From contig JAYZEG010000061.1 of assembly GCA_036337435.1 (NCBI GenBank), positions 1 through 63,893 on the forward strand: a stretch of 63,893 nt of DNA. Direction: 5' to 3'. Positions 18,647 to 28,702 of the stretch are shown one piece after another. Both the position numbers and the translations under genes were made by a program. The DNA is from Myxococcota bacterium. Its GTDB lineage: Bacteria > Myxococcota_A > Bradymonadia > UBA7976 > UBA1532. The notes under the pieces were generated by a model. It had not been told where the DNA came from. It searched no databases and saw only the letters and a list, made by a program, of their open reading frames with translations. Every line of letters starts with the position of its first letter. Position 1 is the first letter of the stretch.

Positions 18647-19906
18647 ATGTTTAATTTTCAATGCCTTCGACGAATCGCTGGCTCTTTTTGTTTGGCCGCC
18701 CTCCTGGTTGGCTGCTCTATCGATGGAGAAACCCTGTCCACCTGGTCCCGTGTTTCTAATGGACACCAGCGGCTCAGTGCCTATTTGGCGGATACGACGC
18801 GTCCAGAACAACTGCGAATCCATGCCGCTTTGGTCTTGTTGGACTCAGACCGTGTGGCGGAACTCGTCTATGTCATACGCAATACATCGCCCAGGGACCG
18901 TAGACGGCTGGTGCAAGCGTTAGCCAACATCATCGTCCAGTACATCGACAAAGAAGACGACCCAATGAAAATGCGAGCGGCCAGCTTTGCATATTACTTA
19001 TTTCAGTTCTCCGGCGAACTCAGTGGGCAAAACTATAATGAACCACAAGACAAGGTGTTAGTGGAGCGGGTCGTTGGCTGGCTGCTTGAACGGCTCAAAA
19101 TATACGATAGCTTACCGAAGGGAATGCAACCACCGGAGGAGATCCTACTGGCGGCGGCCCACGCTCACCCCAAGCTTACGCTGCCGATGATTTACAACTA
19201 CTTGGCCAGCCCGCCCGATTTAAAAAGATTTCTTATCGTAAATCGAGTTTTGAGCAAGCTCCCGTCGAACGATGTCCGACAGAAGCAAGCACATCTACTG
19301 CTGCAATATGCGAAAAAACTGTATCCAAATGTCAGCCCCGAGCTGGCGATTGTGATGTCGGAAAATCAAAACGAAACCCTTTTGCGTTTTTTGCTCGATC
19401 TCGTCAGAGATTATCGGGTGCCGAGCACGACACGTCTCGTCGGGCTTAAGGCAACAGAGTTACTGAAAGAGAAGGCACTTCCTGGGCTGATGCAGGTTTT
19501 GCGGACAGACGATCCGAAGAACGATAACCTCAATCGGCTCAATGCACTGGACATCATTTGGAATATCGGTGGCGTTGACCATCTTGCCGAAGCCTTGGAA
19601 GCCTTGCCTGCGACCGGAACTTGGTGGCCGGACGGTGTGGAGTTCAAAGCGCAGGTCGACGAATTCTGTGACAGTAAGTTAAAACCAGCTGCTAAGGCTG
19701 TGCGGCCGATTCTTCTGTCTTTGATCGACCACGCGAACTGGGTAACCAACGTCTACGCCATGGAGTGTGTCGTGCGCTTGTATGCCGATGCATCGACGCT
19801 CTTAGAGCCACTTGCGAGTGACCCACAAGTCTTGAAGGGATGGACCGAGGACGGTGAAGTTACCGTGGGAGACTACGTAAAATCCCTGGCTGTGCAACAA
19901 CCTTAG
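18647..19906 (+). CDS. Alpha-helical (HEAT-like) lipoprotein
   Basis: MFNFQCLRRIAGSFCLAALLVGC signal with lipobox; all-helical repeats. The track start of 18590 is probably too long. Confidence 0.75.
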   Translation: MFNFQCLRRIAGSFCLAALLVGCSIDGETLSTWSRVSNGHQRLSAYLADTTRPEQLRIHAALVLLDSDRVAELVYVIRNTSPRDRRRLVQALANIIVQYIDKEDDPMKMRAASFAYYLFQFSGELSGQNYNEPQDKVLVERVVGWLLERLKIYDSLPKGMQPPEEILLAAAHAHPKLTLPMIYNYLASPPDLKRFLIVNRVLSKLPSNDVRQKQAHLLLQYAKKLYPNVSPELAIVMSENQNETLLRFLLDLVRDYRVPSTTRLVGLKATELLKEKALPGLMQVLRTDDPKNDNLNRLNALDIIWNIGGVDHLAEALEALPATGTWWPDGVEFKAQVDEFCDSKLKPAAKAVRPILLSLIDHANWVTNVYAMECVVRLYADASTLLEPLASDPQVLKGWTEDGEVTVGDYVKSLAVQQP

Positions 19907-19922
19907 CGGAGTCCCACGAGCC

Positions 19923-21746
19923 ATGGACGTTTGGTGGAGCATGATCGCATTGGTTGCATTGTTTGCCCTGGCTTTCCTGTTGAGTCGGGCTTTTGATGCA
20001 AGACAAGTCGACGACGACCTGAGCGATGTACAACCGGACCGGATAAGGGGTTTACTGATTCAACTGAGGCTTGAGTCTGAACGACAGCAGCGTTTACTCA
20101 ACCAAATACTCGCACTTGGTCCTGATATTGTGCCGGCCGTCATCAAGGAATTGCGTACGGTCCGTGCTCATGAAGATCCGTCGGCTGCTCACTATCTCGC
20201 GTCTTTGGAGACATTGCTCAGCGATTTTGGCCTTGTGGCTGTTCCGCCCATTTGTCACGAACTGGGCCGTCTGCCCTTCGGGTCGCCCGTCATCGGACAT
20301 CTGACAAGGGCTTTGCATCGGATCGGACCGTCGGCGATTCGGCCGGTATTGACTGCCGCTGCGCGCAGTCCATCACCCGCCCCCCATTTGCTCAGTGTAT
20401 TGAATCGATGGCCCGATGAGGCAATTCATACTGTTTTTCGTCGCATGTCAGCCAGCGACTCGAAGACTCTAATGACTGTCCTAGCCCCCATTTACATGGG
20501 ACAGCATAGCCGCCTGATTTCGCTTTGGGAGTCGGCTTGCGTCGAGAAACGGACACAGATTATCAACTGGGCGACCGATTGGCAGGCTGCAAGTCTAGAT
20601 CAACTCATCGAGCGCGCTCTAGTCAGTCATGATAGCGGATTACGGCAAAGTGCCAGCCGAGCCGCTCGACTCACCCACAGTCAAAAAATCATCGACACCT
20701 TGGTGTCCGCTTGGAATGGCTCGACAGCCGAGCAAAAAGCCTTTGTAGAGGCCTTGGTCTCCCAAGGTGCTAAGGTTGAAATTGAAGGCCTCATCAAAGC
20801 CGGTTTAATTAGAAGCGCAGAGACCCTGGCTGATGCGCTCTGTGCCTTAGTAACCAGACCCGATGCCCCCATTTCATTGGCCGCATCTCAAGTCGATCTA
20901 AGCGGATCCAACTTGCCGGCCTTATTGGTCGAGGGCAAGACAATCAATCAATGGAATATCGATTCGCTGTTTGCCTTTATTGAGGCCGGCGAAGACCCAA
21001 TGGTTCGATTTTATATTCACGCCCTTGCACTGCAAGCCGGGGCCGCACCACGCATTCGAGAGCGGCTGATCCGCCTTGCGGAAACAGGCCACGGGAAAAC
21101 CAAAACCTGGGCGATTCTCGCACTCGCTAAAAATAACGATGAAATGGCATCAGACGTCCTCATCAGGGCCATTCGCATTGGCGATGACGACATGGACTAT
21201 TTTACGTTACGCGAGGCTGCTCAATACATTGGACCATCCCTGAACATCCCACTATTTCGGCGTTTCGCCGAGCATCGGCCCCACACTCAACAGCAAATTT
21301 TGTGCATCGTTAGAAGTCTAACGGGAGAAGATACGGTCGACTATTTATTGCACGCTCTGGAAGACGTTCGACAAGACAGTGCCCGGGTCGAGCTCATTCA
21401 AACCATGGCCTCAAGCGAACGGGTCGGACGGGCGACCATCCACCATGCACTCAAGCAACAACGCAAAGGCTTAGTGCTGCCGGCGTTACGCTTCCTCGCC
21501 GCCCATTGCAAAGCCAGCGATGCCCCCCTATTGCTTCACGTATACGATAATCAACTCACCCTTCGTAGTTTAGTCCTGAGCGTGCTTGAGTCCTTGGGGC
21601 CTGCTGCCATCGACGCAATGGAACAGCACATTCAGGCAGGCGGGGATGATCTCGCCCTTGAAGCTCTGGAGCATCGCTTATTAATTCTTGATCAATGTCT
21701 CAATTATTTCGGCTATGATGAGGAGGCAACCCAATCGACTGCTTAG
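19923..21746 (+). CDS. HEAT-repeat protein with N-terminal membrane anchor
   Basis: N-terminal TM helix (MDVWWSMIALVALFALAFLL); LG..AVP.I..EL / IGPSAIRPVL-type HEAT repeats; GGAG RBS. Confidence 0.75.
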   Translation: MDVWWSMIALVALFALAFLLSRAFDARQVDDDLSDVQPDRIRGLLIQLRLESERQQRLLNQILALGPDIVPAVIKELRTVRAHEDPSAAHYLASLETLLSDFGLVAVPPICHELGRLPFGSPVIGHLTRALHRIGPSAIRPVLTAAARSPSPAPHLLSVLNRWPDEAIHTVFRRMSASDSKTLMTVLAPIYMGQHSRLISLWESACVEKRTQIINWATDWQAASLDQLIERALVSHDSGLRQSASRAARLTHSQKIIDTLVSAWNGSTAEQKAFVEALVSQGAKVEIEGLIKAGLIRSAETLADALCALVTRPDAPISLAASQVDLSGSNLPALLVEGKTINQWNIDSLFAFIEAGEDPMVRFYIHALALQAGAAPRIRERLIRLAETGHGKTKTWAILALAKNNDEMASDVLIRAIRIGDDDMDYFTLREAAQYIGPSLNIPLFRRFAEHRPHTQQQILCIVRSLTGEDTVDYLLHALEDVRQDSARVELIQTMASSERVGRATIHHALKQQRKGLVLPALRFLAAHCKASDAPLLLHVYDNQLTLRSLVLSVLESLGPAAIDAMEQHIQAGGDDLALEALEHRLLILDQCLNYFGYDEEATQSTA

Positions 21747-21821
21747 TTGGGCGTGGCGAGGCACCGTGACGCGCCCATGGAACACAAATGCGATTTTGAC
21801 GTTCTTTCGATGGAGCTTGAT

Positions 21822-22748
21822 ATGAACAAAATGAGTTCAGCCGATATCGATGCAGCGCACGCACGCATCCTGAAATGGATTCGGGTTACACCCGTGATCC
21901 GCATGCAGGGCCCGGGTGCGAGACCGGTGGTGCTCAAACTCGAGGGCTTGCAACGCTCAGGGTCTTTTAAGCTGCGTGGTGCGCTCAACAAATTGTTGGT
22001 CCTTGGGTCTAAGGCTCAAACGGGCGTCATCACGGCAAGCGGTGGTAATCATGGCCTGGGTGTCTCTTGGGCGGGTTGGCTTCTGGACGTAAAGGTTCAT
22101 GTCTTTGTGCCCGGAAGTACGCCGAGCTTCAAGATCGATGCATTGGAACGAGGCAACGCCATCGTTCGAAAAGTCGATGGCAATTATGCCGATGCGGAGC
22201 GAGAAGCCAGACGCGCTGCGGACGAGCATGGATTGCCATATATCCATGCCTACGATGATCCAGATGTGATCGCCGGCCAGGGCACGGTCATTCGAGAATT
22301 CCTCAGTCAGGCTCCTGAAATTGGCACGACCGTCGTCGCCATCGGTGGTGGTGGTCTCGCGTCTGGATCGTCCCTTGCTGCCGATGGCCGACGTATCGTC
22401 GGCGTTGAACCCATCGGAGCAGCGACAATGCATGCCGCCTTTGAAGCCGGTGGCCCCGTCCACATCGGCCATATCAACTCCATAGCAGCCGACTCTCTCG
22501 GGGCCGCGATGGCGGGACGATACACCTATGACATTTGTTCGCGCGGAATCGACCGGGTCGAGTTGGTCAGTGATTCTTCACTGGTCAAAGCTCAGAGATG
22601 GCTCTGGGACCACCTCAGGCTTGTGTCGGAGTTAGGTGCAGCCGCTGGGCTCGCCGCTTTGTCCAATGGCGTTCTAGACCAAGACCCTGGACCCATCGGC
22701 ATCGTGGTCTGTGGTTCTAATGTCCATCCGAAAAAATTTATCAACTGA
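21822..22748 (+). CDS. PLP-dependent threonine/serine dehydratase family protein without regulatory domain
   Basis: KLEGLQRSGSFKLRGA, TASGGNHG, AGQGT, IGGGGL, GVEP and CGSN motifs; GGAG RBS before ATG 21822. Confidence 0.9.
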   Translation: MNKMSSADIDAAHARILKWIRVTPVIRMQGPGARPVVLKLEGLQRSGSFKLRGALNKLLVLGSKAQTGVITASGGNHGLGVSWAGWLLDVKVHVFVPGSTPSFKIDALERGNAIVRKVDGNYADAEREARRAADEHGLPYIHAYDDPDVIAGQGTVIREFLSQAPEIGTTVVAIGGGGLASGSSLAADGRRIVGVEPIGAATMHAAFEAGGPVHIGHINSIAADSLGAAMAGRYTYDICSRGIDRVELVSDSSLVKAQRWLWDHLRLVSELGAAAGLAALSNGVLDQDPGPIGIVVCGSNVHPKKFIN

Positions 22749-22787
22749 CGATAGACGCACACGAAACGATGAGGTCGCTGCTGCTTG

Positions 22788-25700
22788 TTATGGTCTCTGC
22801 CAATGGACCCTGACTTGCTCCAACCGTGGCTGAACGTCATCCTGTTGGCGAGTCAACCGAACCTCGATTTCGATCCAGCGATTATGAGGCGTATAGCCAC
22901 TTTCGAGATTGGGTCCAGGTATCCGCATCGGTGTCTCGAAGGCTCGGGCGGACCATGTCGCTGCGGTCAAGCCAGCCCGCGAGGGGGCTGTCCTCACGCG
23001 GGTGTCGACGAAGGCATCCGCTGGAAACGCGCCAGCCCAGTCGACCCGGTCCCACAACACATCGTCTGAACCCCCATCAACCTTCACACTCCAACGACCA
23101 CTCCGCATCGTAATATTGAGCAATTGCATGCCCGTCATATCGCTGTATGAATACAACGAAGGTAGCCGAGCAACTGAGCATTCGAGGAGACCTGTGCGCG
23201 CGTTAAAGCGCTTCGCGGATGAGCCTCCCACAGCCCAAATGGCATTCTCTCCATCCACCGCAACGCCAACAGCGCCCGCGTTGGGTACAGTCAATAAATG
23301 CTCGCCTTCAGGAGACATCTTGTAGAGAGAGCCACCGCCGCCCCAAATATTGCCGTCTAGGTCGACCGCGACACCGCGAGTCGTTCCGCCACCGTGGAAA
23401 AACGCATGCATCTCGTGACTTTTGCCGTCGACTCTAACGAGATAGCCTGCAGGGGATGTGACCGCATACCAAACGTTGTCGTTTCGGTCGATGGCGATGC
23501 CGTAGAATCTGGCTGATATGTATTCACCGTCATTGGGCCCCCCAACCGCCAATGCTTGTCCAGGGACACGTCCGACAATTTCGCCATCGCGAGTGTCGAT
23601 CTTTGTCGGAGACGTTGCTGTCCACAAGAAGCCTTTCGAATCGATGGCCGCTCCGTAGGCTGGACTCGGCAGATCCACTTCTTGGAGGATTCGACAGTCA
23701 GGAATGCCATCGACAGCGTCGCCGGGCTCCACCTCGACTCCGCTCACTCGATAAATTTTTCGCCTTGACCAGCTGCCCAACCAAGCATTGCCTTCTTGGT
23801 CGATGGCAGCGGCTCTCACGGCCACCCCTCCGGATGACGCTCCGGAGGTGATGCGGGCGCGGCAGATCAAGCTGCCATCGACGTCTAGGTGGACTGCGTT
23901 TCCGTGGGCATAGTCAGCCGCATTGCCACCGTGCATGCCGCGATTGCCTATCCACACGCTGCCATTTACAGCGACGGCCGTCCGAGACGGACTGAACCCG
24001 AATGATGGGTGAATATCAGCGATTTCACAGGTCCGAGTATCGATCTTAACCACTTCACGATCTCGAAACGCTGCCGCCCAAAGGTATGAATCGCCCCGGA
24101 CTTCTGTCGAACCCAAGGTCAGTGCATTTGGCGCATCGTCAGGCGCGACGAGATTAACAATGCTGCCGTTCTGCCAGTCTACTTGGTCGTCGAAAACTTG
24201 GGTGAAGCAACTCTGACCGCATGTGCCGCAGTAATTGACCGTGCCTTCGTCGATCAGACCATCACAATCGTTGTCTTGTGCATCACAGACCTCCTGTGGC
24301 AGGTCACCACATTGACCGCACGCGTTACTGACCCCTTCATCGGTGAGTCCATCACAATCGTTATCCTGGCCATCGCACAGTTCGACTGGGGGTGGTCCAC
24401 ACGTGCCACAAGCGTTTCCATCGGAGGGGTTTTCATCGGTTCGGCCATCGCAATCATCATCCCGACCATTACAAATCTCGTACTGCGGCCCAATCCAATC
24501 ACGACAACCGGATAACTCACCCTGCTGGAGCATTTTGCCTGGGACACATTGAAAAGTGCCCATCCGACACTCGCCGACACCAACGGTGTCAGGCGGGCCG
24601 CCATAACAAGGTTGAGGCGGTCCTTTGACACAACCACAAATCTCTTCTACACGGCCATCACAATCATCATCGAAGCCGTTGCCGCAGATCTCGACGCTGT
24701 TTTCATCCCGGCAACCACATGGGCCTCGTACACCTTCGTCTGAGTTGCCATCGCAATCATTGTCGATGGCGTCACAGACCTCTGGTGACGGGGTGCAAAG
24801 GGCATCGGGGCATCCTTCATCTGTCTGGCCATCGCAATCGTTATCGCCGCCATCACCACACACTTCATCGGTGGGTAAAACCTCGTTCTCACAGGCGACG
24901 ATCTGGCCATCTTCACAGCGAGAAACACCACCCATGCACAACCCCTTCCCAAGGGTCTTAGGCAGGCCGCTGTAACAGGGTTGGCGGCTGCGACCACTGC
25001 AGTCGCATCCTTCATCTATGGTGCCATCACAATCGTCATCCAAGCCGTTACCGAAATCACCATTGGGACCGGCACAACTCTCGGCTGGTGCCACGCCACA
25101 CTCACCACAACTGTTGGTTAGAGCTTCATCGGTCAGCCCATCGCAATCATCATCGATGCCATTGCATTGTTCGTTTTGCTCGGTGATTTGGTTCATGCAA
25201 CGGTTGCGCTGTCCACCGACACAAAGCCAGTAACCAACTCGGCAGATTCCCACGCCTTTTGTCCCGGGAGCACCTGTGTAACAAGACTCCGATACAGAGT
25301 CTAAGCAGAGGCATGATTCATCGATATCGCCATCACAATCATTGTCGATGCTGTCGCAATACTCCTCCGGTTCCAAACCACATTGGCCACATGCATTCAG
25401 AACCCCTTCATCGATTTGGCCATCGCAATCGTTGTCTGTGAGGTCACAAACTTCGGCAGGTAAGTCTCCGCAGGCACCACATGCATTCAATACCCCTTCA
25501 TCGATTTGACCATCGCAATCGTCATCGGTGCCGTTACAGAGTTCATCGATGGGCAATCTAGACGCCTCGCAGGCACCGAGCTGACCTCCTCGACAAACTT
25601 GAAATCCTTGTCGGCAGCGACCAACGCCGATGGTTTCTTGCGGTCCAGGATAACAGCGAATCGACTCGCCCTCATTGCAGCCGCACCCTTCATCTACTTG

Positions 25701-26018
25701 CTCATCACAATCGTTATCGGCCCCATCGCCACATTGCTCAGTCGCGCCGGGATGGGAGGCACTCCGCCCATCATCACAATCGGCCCCTCTGTCGCAAAAT
25801 TGACCGTATCCATCACCGTCGCGATCGATACATCGAGTTTGCGGCTCATCTGGCGTTTCCACATCGGGTGCTGCCATCATTCGAAAACTGGAGTCTTGTT
25901 CATCGATCTGGGACAACGAATTCGATTCGCTGGTCGAGTTTCCACAGGCGAGAAAGGAAAGCGTCATGAGTACACACAAGACGGCTCTCAAACTCGCAAT
26001 TATCTTATCTCTATCCAT
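22788..26018 (-). CDS. Cys-rich repeat lipoprotein: 12 MopE-like repeats and a C-terminal Vgb/NHL-like beta-propeller
   Basis: Lipobox FLAC; 12 counted D(N/D)DCD...(D/E)E units with CY.G...T.GVG.C..G spacers; blades SPSRTAV, YGAAIDS.G..W, GVAVD.DG.IW, and a YSYSDMTG motif. Confidence 0.85.
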   Translation of the reverse strand: MDRDKIIASLRAVLCVLMTLSFLACGNSTSESNSLSQIDEQDSSFRMMAAPDVETPDEPQTRCIDRDGDGYGQFCDRGADCDDGRSASHPGATEQCGDGADNDCDEQVDEGCGCNEGESIRCYPGPQETIGVGRCRQGFQVCRGGQLGACEASRLPIDELCNGTDDDCDGQIDEGVLNACGACGDLPAEVCDLTDNDCDGQIDEGVLNACGQCGLEPEEYCDSIDNDCDGDIDESCLCLDSVSESCYTGAPGTKGVGICRVGYWLCVGGQRNRCMNQITEQNEQCNGIDDDCDGLTDEALTNSCGECGVAPAESCAGPNGDFGNGLDDDCDGTIDEGCDCSGRSRQPCYSGLPKTLGKGLCMGGVSRCEDGQIVACENEVLPTDEVCGDGGDNDCDGQTDEGCPDALCTPSPEVCDAIDNDCDGNSDEGVRGPCGCRDENSVEICGNGFDDDCDGRVEEICGCVKGPPQPCYGGPPDTVGVGECRMGTFQCVPGKMLQQGELSGCRDWIGPQYEICNGRDDDCDGRTDENPSDGNACGTCGPPPVELCDGQDNDCDGLTDEGVSNACGQCGDLPQEVCDAQDNDCDGLIDEGTVNYCGTCGQSCFTQVFDDQVDWQNGSIVNLVAPDDAPNALTLGSTEVRGDSYLWAAAFRDREVVKIDTRTCEIADIHPSFGFSPSRTAVAVNGSVWIGNRGMHGGNAADYAHGNAVHLDVDGSLICRARITSGASSGGVAVRAAAIDQEGNAWLGSWSRRKIYRVSGVEVEPGDAVDGIPDCRILQEVDLPSPAYGAAIDSKGFLWTATSPTKIDTRDGEIVGRVPGQALAVGGPNDGEYISARFYGIAIDRNDNVWYAVTSPAGYLVRVDGKSHEMHAFFHGGGTTRGVAVDLDGNIWGGGGSLYKMSPEGEHLLTVPNAGAVGVAVDGENAIWAVGGSSAKRFNARTGLLECSVARLPSLYSYSDMTGMQLLNITMRSGRWSVKVDGGSDDVLWDRVDWAGAFPADAFVDTRVRTAPSRAGLTAATWSARAFETPMRIPGPNLESGYTPHNRWIEIEVRLTRQQDDVQPRLEQVRVHWQRP

Positions 26019-26383
26019 CTTTAGTTTCCTAGCTAGAGGCTTTCGAGCACCTAATCTGGCCAGCTCAATAAAAGCAAAAATCTGAGCATTAATACAGTAG
26101 CAGATTTGGACTCATTATTTGCCTATCCCTGACCTTCTCACCACTCAGATGAGAGTACCGATGGAGTCGGTCGGCGCAATCATGCTCCAGTTGAGGGGGG
26201 GATGACGGCCTCTATCGAAGTAAAACAAGGAACCAGGAATCAGGACAACCTTGCCCTAAACACATGATTTTAATAACCTTACCAACAGACAAGATAGATC
26301 TTCACCCGGACTCATAATCGCTCCTGACATGTTCTGTCAGCAGAGCAGACAGCGTACGTATATTTATGGACAAACACCCGCTA

Positions 26384-26403
26384 CACTGAACACATGATCA
26401 GTG
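26384..26403. promoter_or_regulatory. Putative LexA (SOS) box overlapping the imuA start codon
   Basis: CACTGAACACATGATCAGTG is self-complementary at 16/20 positions. Its reverse-strand core CTGATCATGTGTTCAG differs at one of 16 positions from the Myxococcus LexA consensus as I recall it (CTRHAMRYBYGTTCAG). Confidence 0.7.
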
Positions 26404-27194
26404 AAAAAATTAGACAAAAACTAGACCTGACAAAACCCGTGGAAGCACGGATTCACCGCTCGATGATTCCGATTCTTGATCAGCTGCTTGGCCACAGCAT
26501 GGCCAGTGGAGCCATGATCGAGTGGATCGGAAACCGCTCATCGGGAAAAACAGGAGTACTTTGGACCCTCGTTGAGAGCTTAAGAGCCTCTGGATTAAAC
26601 ATCGCCTGGATAGACACGGAATCCACCCTGTGCGCGTCTGACTGGAACAGTCAGCATCGTGGCCGATTTTGGCTTATTCGTCCTCCGAAGCAGCGAGATG
26701 TCCCCTTTTGTGCAGAGCTGATTATGCGAACGAATAGTTTTAGTTTACTTGTGATCGATGGCCTCAATTCCTTACCTATGAATCGAACACAGCGGATAAA
26801 AAGAATCGCTCGGCAGACAAACACCACGACAGTTTTTGTACGTTCGACTGACCTAAACACACTGGCCGATGCTCATTGTCGGTTTAAATTTGAGGCCTCG
26901 GTGCTTGCCCCGTTGGACCCACTTGAACAACGCGGTCCCTGTACCTGGTCGGTGATTGGTAGTCGAACCCAAACGGCCACCACCTTACACAAAACAAAGC
27001 TGATCTTGAGAGATCGACAAGACGATCGCCTCAGTCTAATACCGCTGGCGAATGATCGTTCTTCAACCGAAAAGCAAACGATACCCAAGCCGTTGCCAGT
27101 CTTATCAACTCAATCACCAACAACAAGCTCAGTCATTGAGTTTAGAAACGCAAAAAACACCCCCAAAACGTCAAAAACCGCGAGTCACGTCTAA
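26394..27194 (+). CDS. imuA: ImuA, RecA-like mutasome accessory protein
   Basis: RecA-core features (LDQLLG, EWIGNRSSGKT, AWIDTE, LLVID); first gene of the cassette, with TAATG overlap onto imuB. Confidence 0.8.
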   Translation: MISEKIRQKLDLTKPVEARIHRSMIPILDQLLGHSMASGAMIEWIGNRSSGKTGVLWTLVESLRASGLNIAWIDTESTLCASDWNSQHRGRFWLIRPPKQRDVPFCAELIMRTNSFSLLVIDGLNSLPMNRTQRIKRIARQTNTTTVFVRSTDLNTLADAHCRFKFEASVLAPLDPLEQRGPCTWSVIGSRTQTATTLHKTKLILRDRQDDRLSLIPLANDRSSTEKQTIPKPLPVLSTQSPTTSSVIEFRNAKNTPKTSKTASHV

Positions 27195-28699
27195 TGAGGT
27201 GGCGAGTCGCCTGCGCTCTGGTCCCAGACTTCGTGGTCAATATCATGAGTCGCCAGCTTCCATTGAGCCAACGACAAATGCCTCTCGCAATCGTTGAAGC
27301 AGGACATCACCGGCGGGTCAAGGAAGTGAATCAAACCGCTCTAAATGCCGGTATTCGTCCTGGCTACAGTGCATCCCGTGCTCAAGCATTATGCCCCGAT
27401 TTGCTCTGTTTAACATGGCAAGCCGAGACCATCTCGCACGAGGTAGAGGCACTGATAGAAGCACTCTCACGTGTCTCACCGATCGTTCAACCATTGCCCA
27501 ACACATATGGCCGATATTGGTTAGATGCCCGAGGTATGTCTTTACTTGGTGGCGAGGTTGCATTTGTCACTAGAGCCATTGAAACAGCTCGTCAGCTTGG
27601 TTTCGAAGACTTAAGAATAGGAATCGCCGATACACTGCAAATGGCAGAAGTTTGCGCTCTTAAAACAAGCTTAGACTGTCCTTTCAAAATCATCTCTACA
27701 GACGAATCAGACGCTTTCATGGAGCAATTGCCACTGGAATACATGTCACTCGATGACACGATGGCAGAGATCTTAAATGCACTTGGAATCAAACATGTAC
27801 ATGACCTGAAACGGCTCCCCAAATGTGCGCTAACAACTCGATTCGGACAACGGGGGGCCAGGGTGTGGGATGAAGCGCACAACCTGGACCCAAGGCGGCT
27901 TAATCAAGCGAAAGAATCAGTTCATCTACAGACCAATATGGTTCTTGAGACGCCTGTATCCGAGCTGGGTTCACTGATATTTGGTGTGAATCAATTGGCG
28001 GATGACCTGGGTAGAAAACTATCGGAGAGAAACCTCGCTACCCACTGCGTAGGCCTGACATTCTTACTCGAAGACAGGCGTGAGTCGACCACCGTACTCC
28101 ACCCCAGTCGGCCACTTCAGACAGGGACGAGACTATTCGAATTGGTCAGAGATCGACTTGAGCGTCAGCAACCGGAATTGAACTCAGGTGTCATCGAGGT
28201 TCGTCTTACCGCATTAGAGACAGCCCACCGGGACGCACAACAAATCCAAATGGGAACAAGTCGCTGGGATCAGAATGCTATCGAGAAAGCAATGGATAGA
28301 TTATCCGGGCGATTTAATGAACCGGTCGTCTATGAGACTGAGTCTCAGCTCAACTCTCGCCCCGAACATAAAGCGAGTTGGGTTGCTGTAGATATCAATC
28401 GAAGAGACACGACCGCATCCACTCAGGCTCGGCCGATGCCTCGGGTGATCAGACGACAAATCCAAAAACCCGTAGAGCTGCGTGTCAGGGGTCAGAAGCC
28501 GAGTACACCTGATGCCATCCAGATCGACGGTCGCTGGCATCCCTTTAACGCCTATGGTCCGGAGAGGTTATCCGGCGACTGGTGGCAATCAGAATATGCT
28601 TATGAAGACTATCGACTGGTCACGCGAGCGCAAGAGGTGTTTTGGGTTCGATATGAACCGACGGAGTCTAAGTGGACTATACAAGGTTGGTTTGATTAA
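27194..28699 (+). CDS. imuB: ImuB, catalytically inactive Y-family polymerase homologue
   Basis: Y-family fold (AGIRPG...AQALCP, LGI....DL..LP...L..RFG) lacking the catalytic acidic motifs; conserved C-terminal GPERLSGDWW...GWFD. Confidence 0.9.
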   Translation: MRWRVACALVPDFVVNIMSRQLPLSQRQMPLAIVEAGHHRRVKEVNQTALNAGIRPGYSASRAQALCPDLLCLTWQAETISHEVEALIEALSRVSPIVQPLPNTYGRYWLDARGMSLLGGEVAFVTRAIETARQLGFEDLRIGIADTLQMAEVCALKTSLDCPFKIISTDESDAFMEQLPLEYMSLDDTMAEILNALGIKHVHDLKRLPKCALTTRFGQRGARVWDEAHNLDPRRLNQAKESVHLQTNMVLETPVSELGSLIFGVNQLADDLGRKLSERNLATHCVGLTFLLEDRRESTTVLHPSRPLQTGTRLFELVRDRLERQQPELNSGVIEVRLTALETAHRDAQQIQMGTSRWDQNAIEKAMDRLSGRFNEPVVYETESQLNSRPEHKASWVAVDINRRDTTASTQARPMPRVIRRQIQKPVELRVRGQKPSTPDAIQIDGRWHPFNAYGPERLSGDWWQSEYAYEDYRLVTRAQEVFWVRYEPTESKWTIQGWFD

Positions 28700-28702
28700 C
28701 CC

